A stretch of 64,000 bases of DNA from an uncultured Gammaproteobacteria bacterium (lineage in GTDB: Bacteria; Patescibacteriota; Microgenomatia; Levybacterales; UBA12049). The translations under genes and the position numbers were made by a program. The notes beneath the pieces are model-generated. The model saw nothing but the letters and a program-made list of their open reading frames with translations. It was not told the origin of the DNA and made no database searches. The stretch is taken from NCBI GenBank assembly GCA_964416445.1, contig CAYQEE010000003.1, positions 1,946-65,945 on the forward strand. The letters run 5' to 3'. Positions 28,600 through 37,827 of the stretch are shown piece after piece; positions within the stretch are counted from its first letter, which is position 1, and each line of letters opens with the position of its first letter.

Positions 28600-29523
28600 A
28601 TGAATAAAAAATTATCATTCTATTTTGCTGGGTTTATAGTCCTTCTTGTTATAGCGGGAATTTCGTGGGAAGTTGCTAAAAACAATAAATCAATGAATTC
28701 TTTATCAATGCAGTCGCAAACAATTCATGTTGTAGCAGCTGAAAACTTTTATGGAGATATCGTACAGCAATTAGGTGGAAGTCATGTTCAAGTACTGAGT
28801 ATTCTTTCCGACCCAAATACAGATCCACATGAATATGAGTCAAGTGTACAAGATAGCATTGCAGTGGCAAAAGCAAATATCGTCATTGAAAATGGGTTGG
28901 ACTATGACACATGGATGGATAAGTTACTGTCTGCGTCACCTAATAATAAACGTATTCTTTTAATTGGTGGAAAATTAGCTACCCATCATCTACCAGATAA
29001 TCCACATGTATGGTATGGTATTGATAATATCCAAGCAATTGCGGGAAAAATTGCAGAATCCTTAAAGAACGTTGACCCAACAGATGCAAAAGAATTTGAT
29101 CAAAATCTTAATAAGTTTGATACCTCCCTGCAGTCAATTACTCAAAAAATAAATGATATTAAATCTCAATACAATGGAACACCTGTTGCGTTAACTGAGA
29201 CAATATATCTATATCAAACGCAACCGGAAGGACTCAATGTCTTAACACCATTCTCTTTTGAGAAAGCAATTGCTGAAGGGAACGACCCATCAGCAGATGA
29301 TGTTGCAAAGGCAACTGATGAGATAACCAAAAAACAAGTAAAAATACTTATTTATAATGTGCAAACAGTAACACCAGTAACGACAAATTTACAAAATGAA
29401 GCAAAGCAACAAAATATACCAGTAGTCCCGGTATCTGAAACGATGCCTCAGAGCAAACATTATCAAAATTGGATGTTAGATCAAGTCACTAATTTACAAA
29501 ATGCTCTTCATAGTTCAAAATAA
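28600..29523 (+). CDS. znuA: Zinc/manganese ABC transporter substrate-binding protein (cluster 9, ZnuA-like)
   Basis: Signal anchor; metal-binding His/Asp pattern (DPHEYE, HHLPDNPHVW); operon context with zur. Confidence 0.75.
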   Translation: MNKKLSFYFAGFIVLLVIAGISWEVAKNNKSMNSLSMQSQTIHVVAAENFYGDIVQQLGGSHVQVLSILSDPNTDPHEYESSVQDSIAVAKANIVIENGLDYDTWMDKLLSASPNNKRILLIGGKLATHHLPDNPHVWYGIDNIQAIAGKIAESLKNVDPTDAKEFDQNLNKFDTSLQSITQKINDIKSQYNGTPVALTETIYLYQTQPEGLNVLTPFSFEKAIAEGNDPSADDVAKATDEITKKQVKILIYNVQTVTPVTTNLQNEAKQQNIPVVPVSETMPQSKHYQNWMLDQVTNLQNALHSSK

Positions 29524-29546
29524 GAAAAGAAAGTAAAATTTTCCTT

Positions 29547-30317
29547 GTGAACCAAAAACCAATTATTGAATTACAAAATGTACAACTCTCATTAGGGGAA
29601 CGAACAATCCTTCATGATATTACTTTAACAATTTACGAAGGTGAGTTTATTGCGGTGCTTGGGCCAAATGGTGCTGGCAAAAGTACTCTTTTGAAATTAC
29701 TTTTAGGACTGTATAAAGCAACTTCAGGAAAAATAGTAATTCTTGGAAGACTACCAAGACGTGGAAATAATGAAATTGGCTATGCGCCACAGCATAGAAC
29801 ACTTGAAGCCGACTTGGCTCTTCGTGCTCGAGATGTTGTCGGGTTTGGTCTTGATGGCAATAAATGGGGTATCGGTTTACCGGATAAGAAGCGTGATAAG
29901 AAAATTGAACAAGCGTTATTAGAAGTAGATATGTTGCATCTTGCTGACATGCCTGTAGGAAAATTATCAGGAGGTGAACAGCAAAGATTACTTATTGCCC
30001 AAGCCCTACTTACCTACCCTAAGATATTATTCTTAGATGAACCATTATCCAATTTAGATATTACACATGCACGAGAAATTGTTTCTTTAATAACAAGAAT
30101 TTCTAAAAGTCGAAATATTACTGTGTTGCTTGTCACCCATGATGTCAATCCTGTTCACTCTGTAATTGATCGAGTTATCTATATGGCAAATTGTCATAGT
30201 GCTATTGGGAAACCAGAAGAAATTATTACCAGTGAAGAATTATCAAAGTTGTATGGATCTCCTGTGGAAGTAGTGAATGCTAATGGAAGAGTTTTTGTAA
30301 TTGGTGAGGAAAATTGA
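29547..30317 (+). CDS. znuC: Zinc ABC transporter ATP-binding protein
   Basis: Walker A GPNGAGKST, signature LSGGEQQR, Walker B LFLDEP. Confidence 0.8.
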   Translation: MNQKPIIELQNVQLSLGERTILHDITLTIYEGEFIAVLGPNGAGKSTLLKLLLGLYKATSGKIVILGRLPRRGNNEIGYAPQHRTLEADLALRARDVVGFGLDGNKWGIGLPDKKRDKKIEQALLEVDMLHLADMPVGKLSGGEQQRLLIAQALLTYPKILFLDEPLSNLDITHAREIVSLITRISKSRNITVLLVTHDVNPVHSVIDRVIYMANCHSAIGKPEEIITSEELSKLYGSPVEVVNANGRVFVIGEEN

Positions 30318-31161
30318 GTTTTCTATGTTCTCTGTCTTACAATATTCATTTATTCAAAATGCGTTTCTTGCTTCAGCATGCGTTGCGGTCGTTTCCGCGA
30401 TAATTGGTTACTTTCTTCTTATTAGAGGATTAACATTTGCAGGTCATGCATTTTCTCATATCGGATTTGCAGGAGCTGCCGGAGCGGTATGGCTCGGTAT
30501 AAATCCTCTTTTTGGATTACTTATCTTTACCTCTCTTGCAGGAGTAGGTATTGGATTATTAGGAAAAGAACTACGAGAAAGGGATATAACAATTGGGATA
30601 ATATTTACCTTGGCTCTTGCATTTGGTGTGTTATTTCTCTTTTTATATCACGGCTATGCGGAACAAGCATATAGCATTCTCTTTGGAACTATTCTTGGAA
30701 TTAGTTCAACTAATGTCATTATCACCGCACTCTTTAGTCTTGTAACTATTATTGTAATGAGTTTCCTTTTTAGACCAATATTATTTAGCTCATTTGATCC
30801 AGAAGTAGCTGAAGCGAGAGGAGTTCCCGTGAAATTATTAGGAGTCATTTTTCTTATTCTTGTCGCGATAACTGTTTCAATCTCAGTGCAAGTAGTAGGA
30901 GTACTTCTTATTTTTACCTTACTGGTAGGACCTGCTGCAACCGCAATGAGGTTAGTAAAAAGTCCTTTTGCTGCAATAAGTGTTGCAATTGTGCTAGGGC
31001 TTTTATATAGCTGGCTTGGAATTTTTCTTGCAGCAAATACTAATTTACCTGTAACCTTTTTTATTTCATCCCTTTCGTTTGGCGTTTATCTACCGGTAAG
31101 GATATTTTCTCCCACATGGATGAAAAGAAAAAATTTACCAATACCCAAACATCATGATTGA
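30301..31161 (+). CDS. znuB: Zinc ABC transporter permease (ABC-3 family)
   Basis: Polytopic ZnuB/MntB-like permease; overlaps znuC by 17 nt. Confidence 0.75.
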   Translation: MVRKIEFSMFSVLQYSFIQNAFLASACVAVVSAIIGYFLLIRGLTFAGHAFSHIGFAGAAGAVWLGINPLFGLLIFTSLAGVGIGLLGKELRERDITIGIIFTLALAFGVLFLFLYHGYAEQAYSILFGTILGISSTNVIITALFSLVTIIVMSFLFRPILFSSFDPEVAEARGVPVKLLGVIFLILVAITVSISVQVVGVLLIFTLLVGPAATAMRLVKSPFAAISVAIVLGLLYSWLGIFLAANTNLPVTFFISSLSFGVYLPVRIFSPTWMKRKNLPIPKHHD

Positions 31162-31996
31162 ATTATTGCAGCATCAATTTATACAAAATGCATTTCTTGC
31201 GGGGACTATTATTGCTATTGTATCAGCGAGTATTGGCTATTTTGTTGTTTTACGTGCGCAAGCATTTGCCAGTCATGCGCTCGCTCATATTGGATTTGCT
31301 GGTGCAACAGGAGCAGCGCTCCTTGGTGTTAGTTCATTAGTTGGTACAGTTATTTTTACACTAATAGCTGCATTAGGTATGGGAGCTTTAGGTAATAAAA
31401 TTCGTGGCAGAGATGTTGAAATTGGTATGATACTTTCGTTTGCTCTTGGACTAGGTGTGTTATTTCTCAAACTTTATACAGTAAATGCGACAGAAGCTGT
31501 TGGTATTTTATTTGGTTCTATTTTGAGCGTTACGCAATCAGACTTAGTACTCAGTATTGTTTCAGGTCTTCTTACCCTTAGTTTTTTAGTATTTTTATTT
31601 CGTCCACTCCTCTTTTCATCAGTTGATCCAGAAGTTGCTGAGGCAAGAGGAGTTCCTGTACAAGCTATTTCGATAATTTTCATGATCTTACTAGCACTAA
31701 CTGTTGCAGAAGCGGTTCTGGTTGTTGGAATTCTTCTGGTTTTTGCACTTCTTGTAGCCCCAGCAGCAACTGCACAGCATTTTACTAACAGGCCATTGAT
31801 TACCATAGTTACCTCAGTTCTCATGGGATTATTTTTTACATGGGGAGGATTATTTTTAGCTTTATTCTTTCACGGACCAGTAAGTTTCTATATTGCAAGT
31901 TTGGCATCTGTTTCTTATTTGCTAGCTGTTCCACTTATGCATGTTATTAAACCGCATCTTTATATTGCTATACCTCACCCAACAAAAGAACTGTAA
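31154..31996 (+). CDS. Second ABC-3 family permease (ZnuB paralog)
   Basis: Clear similarity to the preceding permease (FIQNAFLA..., DPEVAEARGVPV); overlaps it by 8 nt. Confidence 0.75.
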   Translation: MIELLQHQFIQNAFLAGTIIAIVSASIGYFVVLRAQAFASHALAHIGFAGATGAALLGVSSLVGTVIFTLIAALGMGALGNKIRGRDVEIGMILSFALGLGVLFLKLYTVNATEAVGILFGSILSVTQSDLVLSIVSGLLTLSFLVFLFRPLLFSSVDPEVAEARGVPVQAISIIFMILLALTVAEAVLVVGILLVFALLVAPAATAQHFTNRPLITIVTSVLMGLFFTWGGLFLALFFHGPVSFYIASLASVSYLLAVPLMHVIKPHLYIAIPHPTKEL

Positions 31997-32004
31997 TAAC
32001 AATA

Positions 32005-32760
32005 TTAATAATAAATATATGGATTATCAGGTTGCATAGTTGGAAAGATTGAGTCAGTAACAATATAAAGAAAATCTCTATTATCATTTTTCTTTATTGC
32101 GAAATGACCTGTTATCATTACCCATTGTTTATCGTTAAAGTTCTTGTTAGAAGAAATGATAATGGGATATCCAAATGGTTGCGCATCAACAGTACAACAG
32201 GTGATCAATAATTCAGCTAAGTATTCTTGCGGAGGATTAATATTTTTAGGATGAAATATATATCCAGTTAAAATGACTTTTTTCCCTTTTTCGAAAGAAT
32301 AATTCGTGTCGATTTCATTGATATGGAACCAGTTGTCAAAAGTATATTTTGTCGTATCAGAACCAAGTTTACTGGTAACTGTTTTTATATTTCCCGAAGA
32401 AAGATGGAAATTTCCACTAATTGTTTGTGCCGAGGCATCAGTACTTAATGGTTTTGGTTCCATGAAAAATCCGAAACATAAAGCAGCCACTAAAGGGATA
32501 AAGGATACTATTGAAATGAGTGTATAGTTTTTTTGATCAGCAATTTTTATTCCTTTGATTTGTTTTCTCATGAATCTTAATTCTTGAATGAGTAAAAGAA
32601 TAATTCCTATCAAGCCAATAACAACGCAAATAGTACTGGTAATACCAGTAAGGATTATGTATTTTGTATTAATATAGTAGTTGAGTTTTCCTTCTACCGT
32701 TAATTCAAGACCATACCAGCCAAAGAGAAATACTATAAAGAACTGATAATATTTTTTCAT
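32005..32760 (-). CDS. DUF1980/TIGR03943-like membrane protein (putative partner of the DUF318 permease)
   Basis: Two N-terminal TM helices, then a soluble domain with a CC motif (LITCCTVDAQP); 4-bp overlap with the upstream DUF318 gene, the usual gene pairing. Confidence 0.4.
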   Translation of the reverse strand: MKKYYQFFIVFLFGWYGLELTVEGKLNYYINTKYIILTGITSTICVVIGLIGIILLLIQELRFMRKQIKGIKIADQKNYTLISIVSFIPLVAALCFGFFMEPKPLSTDASAQTISGNFHLSSGNIKTVTSKLGSDTTKYTFDNWFHINEIDTNYSFEKGKKVILTGYIFHPKNINPPQEYLAELLITCCTVDAQPFGYPIIISSNKNFNDKQWVMITGHFAIKKNDNRDFLYIVTDSIFPTMQPDNPYIYY

Positions 32761-33641
32761 AAATGGACAAACTGGTTAACTAGCAAGCCTATACAAACAC
32801 TGACAAGCGCAATAAATAATGAGATACTGAGTATTACTTTATTCTTATACATCGATCTCATAAGAATAATCATTTTTATATCAACCAAAGGACCAAAAAT
32901 AAGAAAAGATAGGATTGATCCAAGAGTAAATCCATTGATATATGACAATGCAAAGAATGCATCGACAGTTGAACATATAGAGATAATAAACCCTAATAAT
33001 AGCATTATAAAAAATGAAAGCATAACATTATGCCCAATAGCAAGAAGTGTTTCTTTAGGAATGAAAGTTTGTATAAGTGCTGCTATTGCAGCTCCTATAC
33101 ATAAAAGTTTTGCGATATAGATAAATTCTGACTGAAAGATTTCCAAGGAATTATAGAATGAACGTTTTGTTGTGTGAATATTACAAACATCCATATAAAA
33201 AGACTTTGTTAATAAATTATTTTGATCTTTTTGATAACTCAAAAAGATGCCAATAATATTAGCGATAAAAAAACCACTGAGAACACGTATGAAGGCTAAC
33301 TGTGGAGTAAGAGAAAATGCTTGATATGTTGTAAAGAAGGTTATGGGATTCAAAAGAGGTGCAGCTAATAAGAATGTTATTGCTTGTGAAGGAGAAAGCC
33401 CTTGAAATATAAGCCTTCTTGCAACAGGGATATTTCCACATTGACAAACAGGTATTACAATACCGACTAAAGATAGAATGATATGTGATATATATCTATT
33501 TTTTGGGAGCATTTTTAGTAGAAAATTTTCAGGTACAAAAAGCGCTATTAATACTGATATCAAAACGCCAATGGTAACATAGGGTAACGATTCCACAATA
33601 ATACTAAGAAATAATGTGACAAAATCTTGAATATGGTTCAT
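32757..33641 (-). CDS. YraQ/DUF318-family predicted permease
   Basis: Polytopic, with the conserved CxCG motif (VCQCGNIPVARRL) and internal repeat architecture. Confidence 0.55.
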   Translation of the reverse strand: MNHIQDFVTLFLSIIVESLPYVTIGVLISVLIALFVPENFLLKMLPKNRYISHIILSLVGIVIPVCQCGNIPVARRLIFQGLSPSQAITFLLAAPLLNPITFFTTYQAFSLTPQLAFIRVLSGFFIANIIGIFLSYQKDQNNLLTKSFYMDVCNIHTTKRSFYNSLEIFQSEFIYIAKLLCIGAAIAALIQTFIPKETLLAIGHNVMLSFFIMLLLGFIISICSTVDAFFALSYINGFTLGSILSFLIFGPLVDIKMIILMRSMYKNKVILSISLFIALVSVCIGLLVNQFVHL

Positions 33642-33701
33642 TACAAATTTAATTTTCGCAATAACACATTAACTACAAAAGCGTCTGTATTTAATATAAA
33701 T

Positions 33702-34847
33702 TTAGGGAAAAGAATCATTCTTCTTAACATGTAAAACGGTAAACGTTCCAAGAGCAGTTGTTATAGGGACAGCGAGAATTAATGCACAACTGCCTACTAT
33801 CGTTTTAACAATCTCTTGCATAGTACTTTCATTATTAAGAATAAGCCATAACGGAAGTTGAACAGGATTAAAAGCGAAAAAAAGGAAGATTATAAGCGAA
33901 GAACCGGCATAAGCAAGTACTAAGGTGTTAATAATTGACGCAATATGTTCTCTTCCAATCGTCATACCTTTAAAGAAAAAGTACGAAAAGGATTGCCTAG
34001 GATTTTCTCTCGCCAAAGTAAAAATTGTAATAGCTTGTGTCGTTGTCACATCATTAAGGGCACCGAGAGTCCCGATTAAAATGCTACCAAGTAAAAGGCC
34101 TTGAGGATTTATTGTATGAGTTGTTGCGAGTTGGAGTGAATAAATATTTTCATTCCCAAGTCCAAGAAGAAACGTAAAATGAACTGAAAATAGTGCAAGC
34201 ATTGCTGCAATAAGTAAAGATAATGCAGTACTAATCACTGCTACGCAAGTTTTAAGTGATATTCCGTGTGCAATAAATGTTGTAAAGAATAGAATAATAA
34301 TACATCCAACTGTACTTACGGTAATTGGATCCTGCCCTTTAAGGATATTTGGCATGATATACGTTAAAATAGTAAGGAGACTAATTGATAAACCGATTAA
34401 TGCACCAATCCCCTTTTTTCCAGCTATAATGATAATGAGGAGAATGAAAAATCCAAGTATCCACCAAAGGTTTGTTAATCGATAAGGCTCATAAAGTGTA
34501 TAAAGTTTTTTCCCTGAAAAATCAGGTTTACTATCAATAACTACTATGTCGCCTGCTTGAATTTTTTCATTGATACCAAAAGTAGCATCATTAGAATAAC
34601 TTACGACGACTTTTTTGCCTTTTTCTTTTCCTTCAAGGAATGCTACTTTTAAACTTTCGTTGTAATTTTTAATATGATCATATGTTTGTATACCTTGAGA
34701 TAGCACTTGAATTACTTGAGCACGGGCGTAAGATTCGTGGTAATCTAACTCATCGGGTGGATCTGCAAAAACTTTATGAATAGGAAAAAATGAAATGGTG
34801 AGTATGCAAATGGAGCATAAACTGAAAATCAAAATAAACTTTCTCAC
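33702..34847 (-). CDS. YibE/F-family membrane protein
   Basis: Signal peptide plus an N-terminal soluble domain, followed by a multi-TM domain with glycine-rich helices typical of YibE/F. Confidence 0.5.
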   Translation of the reverse strand: MRKFILIFSLCSICILTISFFPIHKVFADPPDELDYHESYARAQVIQVLSQGIQTYDHIKNYNESLKVAFLEGKEKGKKVVVSYSNDATFGINEKIQAGDIVVIDSKPDFSGKKLYTLYEPYRLTNLWWILGFFILLIIIIAGKKGIGALIGLSISLLTILTYIMPNILKGQDPITVSTVGCIIILFFTTFIAHGISLKTCVAVISTALSLLIAAMLALFSVHFTFLLGLGNENIYSLQLATTHTINPQGLLLGSILIGTLGALNDVTTTQAITIFTLARENPRQSFSYFFFKGMTIGREHIASIINTLVLAYAGSSLIIFLFFAFNPVQLPLWLILNNESTMQEIVKTIVGSCALILAVPITTALGTFTVLHVKKNDSFP

Positions 34848-35006
34848 ACGCTTATTATGACATATCTATTTAAGAATATTCGATAATAACAATGACAACT
34901 TCATTAGTGCTTTGATATTGAACCAGTTGCAAAACTAATCATTCAATCACTTATTAACAGAATATCGTTTAAGGTAATTGGAATTGGGGGTTTTATAAAA
35001 GTGGAA

Positions 35007-35873
35007 TTATTGTGACCTTCCTAATAAGCCTCGTAAAAAGCTATTGAAAAAAATCAAAACAGAATTTCCTAGATCAGAAGATGATTGACTGTTTGTGACT
35101 GGAGAATTTGTAACCGCTGGGCACCATCCTCCGGGAGGTAACGGCAATTTACATGCTGGATTTTGGCTTAAACAAGTAGGTCGAGGAAGACAATGTGGAG
35201 GTGTTGGATACGCGCTAGGAGTTCCAGATGGTTCGCAAGAAGAAGGCAATCTACATAATATTCCAAGTCTTGGGTTGCAACTGGGAACGGGTGGACAAGA
35301 TGGATTTGGATAGCCAGAAGGAATACCTGAAGGAACAGGAGGCGTTCCACTTGGGCAGACTAATACAGTTTTGCATGGTTGACAATTCGTACTTCCTGGA
35401 TAACAAATTGCCTGTTGAGTTATGCCACAGAGATGTTCATAGAAGCAACCTTGAGGTGGAGTTGGATATGGAACAGAAGGCGTAGGTGATGTTGGCAGAC
35501 ACCACCCTCCATTTGGTTCAGGAATAAGACATCGAGGTGTAGCATCGAGGCAAGGTGGGCGTGGAATACAAGTTAAAGAAGGTACTGGAGAAGGATATGG
35601 AATTGATGGTGCAGGATAACACATTGCACCTGGAGGACAATGCCAGTTTGCAGAGTTTGTGGTATTCGTTGAGATAGGAGAACCATAGGTTGATCCTGTA
35701 AAATAGGAAACGCCTTCAACTTGTTGATCGTTTTGTTGAGTAGGTAAAACTGCATTATTTGCATATATTGCAAGAGGAAGTGCAAAAATAATTATTACAA
35801 GAATACCTACTTTTGTAGATATTTTTTTAGAGAGAAGATCTTTTGAATTTTTTACCTTCACTTTCCTTTTCAT
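35007..35873 (-). CDS. Secreted Cys- and Pro-rich repeat protein with a C-terminal tail resembling the shared tail domain
   Basis: Signal anchor; the repeats CIPRPPCLDATPRCLIPEPNGGWC and CLPRPTCLSQNPACKLPLPPGGWC; C-terminus NSVLIFFNSFLRGLLGRSQ, compared with NAIRNFFVSLIQGSY in the 23767..25275 protein. Confidence 0.45.
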   Translation of the reverse strand: MKRKVKVKNSKDLLSKKISTKVGILVIIIFALPLAIYANNAVLPTQQNDQQVEGVSYFTGSTYGSPISTNTTNSANWHCPPGAMCYPAPSIPYPSPVPSLTCIPRPPCLDATPRCLIPEPNGGWCLPTSPTPSVPYPTPPQGCFYEHLCGITQQAICYPGSTNCQPCKTVLVCPSGTPPVPSGIPSGYPNPSCPPVPSCNPRLGILCRLPSSCEPSGTPSAYPTPPHCLPRPTCLSQNPACKLPLPPGGWCPAVTNSPVTNSQSSSDLGNSVLIFFNSFLRGLLGRSQ

Positions 35874-35957
35874 ATAATAGGTCTTACTATCAAGGTATTA
35901 GATAGAAATTTCTTTGTCAAGATGGTTCTAAAATAATTACCGTAGTCAACATATGTA

Positions 35958-37448
35958 TTGACGGAAATTGGACACTATTATATTCTGAGTTTACTAGTGA
36001 AAAAAAGGCAACATACACGTAAAAAAAAGACACGTAAAAAATTACATAACTTACGTTTTTGGATGATTTTCCTTCTGGGTGTAATTTTTATTATTTCTAT
36101 CGTTTTGTATAAACAGTTTTTATTAAGGTCTAACAAAATTTTAGGAGTGTCAAGTAGCTGTCCTACTAATCAACCAGAATGTTTGTTTTTAAGCCCCTAC
36201 CCTATTTTCGATTCATCAACATATATTCAATATAATGCGGCTGTAAATGGAGTAAATTGGAATCATACAACTACTGCTCAAGCGAATCGAGTATTAATAG
36301 TAACTGTTTCTTATGGTAATAATCAACAATCTTCTAATCAAGTTACCTATGGTGGAACTAATTTAAAGAAATTATCTTCACAGATGTGTTCTGCAATATC
36401 AGGATCAACGTGTAACGATGAAATGTGGTATCTTATCAATCCATCAACTGGTACTTTTCCCGTAGCTCTTTCAATTAATGGAGGACCAGCTGAAATTGTC
36501 GCAGCAGCATCAACATATTATAATGTTGATCAAACTAATCCGGTTGGATCTATTCTCGATTCCTCAGGGAAATCCAGCACGGCATTTGTTACAGTTAGTG
36601 GTACGACTCCGTATCAACTTATTGTTGATGCATTTGCTGCTGGTGGGATTGGAGGACCCTATTTACCTGATTCAAGCCAAACTCAGATATATGAGGCGAA
36701 TACCTATAATGCAGGGGGAGGAAGTTTTAAATTTGCAAACGCGAATAATACTACGATGCTCTGGTCTATTAACTCGTCTCAAGGGGGAGATAACTGGGCA
36801 CTTATCGCAGTTTCCCTTAATGTTCCGAGTGCTGAATTACCGCTTGCAATTACCTATGCACCCACTCCTACAAATAGCAATAACGTAGTTCAGCAACCAG
36901 TCAATTTGCAAACATCTCCTTCAACATTAACGCAATCACCTACTTCAGGACAGATTCGCACACAATCTCAGATACCAACACTGATACAAGTACCTATATT
37001 ACTGAATCAAACATCTCCGTTGAATCAAGTTCAGACACAAACATCACAAGGTAATGGAATAGTTAATCCTACTCAAACGGTTAGTAATCAAGGTACGTCT
37101 TTGCAGACGAGTGATGTCTCAATATCTCCAATAAGTGTTCCAGGAGCGCATAATAGTATTTCTCAAACAGTTTCTCCTACAACGGCAATCAATTTTTTGT
37201 CTCAATCTAATCCAACTACGTCACTACTTCCTACCCAGAGTCAAAATCAAAATAGTTCGGCTAAAAGTAATTTACTTTATCATGAAGCTGCTTATGTGCC
37301 TTTTGGCATTGATCTTAATTTTGCGCAACCTAATCATCAACATTCACCGTCCATAACGGTAAGCTCAGTAGTTGTAGTAATTAATAATAGTATTAAATCG
37401 ATTTTCTTGAATATTTTTAACAATATAAGAAAAATTATCAATAGATAA
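35958..37448 (+). CDS. Secreted protein: signal-anchor, globular domain, long S/T/Q/P linker, and the conserved C-terminal tail domain
   Basis: Basic N-terminus plus a TM. The C-terminus SNLLYHEAAYVPFGIDLNFAQ...VVVVINNSIKSIFLNIFNNIRKIINR aligns with the C-terminus of the 23767..25275 protein (LLY[QH]EA[TA]Y.P...NFA...INN[AS]I...F...KIIN[KR]). Confidence 0.45.
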   Translation: MTEIGHYYILSLLVKKRQHTRKKKTRKKLHNLRFWMIFLLGVIFIISIVLYKQFLLRSNKILGVSSSCPTNQPECLFLSPYPIFDSSTYIQYNAAVNGVNWNHTTTAQANRVLIVTVSYGNNQQSSNQVTYGGTNLKKLSSQMCSAISGSTCNDEMWYLINPSTGTFPVALSINGGPAEIVAAASTYYNVDQTNPVGSILDSSGKSSTAFVTVSGTTPYQLIVDAFAAGGIGGPYLPDSSQTQIYEANTYNAGGGSFKFANANNTTMLWSINSSQGGDNWALIAVSLNVPSAELPLAITYAPTPTNSNNVVQQPVNLQTSPSTLTQSPTSGQIRTQSQIPTLIQVPILLNQTSPLNQVQTQTSQGNGIVNPTQTVSNQGTSLQTSDVSISPISVPGAHNSISQTVSPTTAINFLSQSNPTTSLLPTQSQNQNSSAKSNLLYHEAAYVPFGIDLNFAQPNHQHSPSITVSSVVVVINNSIKSIFLNIFNNIRKIINR

Positions 37449-37754
37449 GTAATTGATACAAGAATAAAGTTCTAATAAAGATAAGGTGCAATCTTTATTT
37501 TGGGATTATAAATGATAGAAAATGTTGAAAAATAAGAATATTGTAACTTTGTAATGGTGGAATGGTTAATAGTGCTATTATTATCGTTAAGCAACTAACG
37601 AAGATATAGAGAGAAAACTTCTGCCTATCGCTCATACTATACATAAGTGTATTAATTAATCGGTGTTTTGACAAGTCAATGGTAAAGATGTATTAAATTT
37701 GCGCTAGTCTATTTGATTTTATCCATTATGGGCTGTACAATAAAGGCTAACTTT

Positions 37755-37827
37755 GCTCCCGTAGCTCAGTGGATAGAGCGCATCGGTTCTAACGATAGGG
37801 TCGGGGGTTCGAATCCCTCCGGGAGCG
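37755..37827 (+). tRNA. tRNA-Arg (anticodon TCT)
   Basis: Acceptor stem GCTCCCG/CGGGAGC, D-arm GCTC-AGTGGATA-GAGC, anticodon loop GTTCTAA, T-arm GGGGGTTCGAATCCCTC, discriminator G. One C-A mismatch closes the anticodon stem. Confidence 0.7.
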
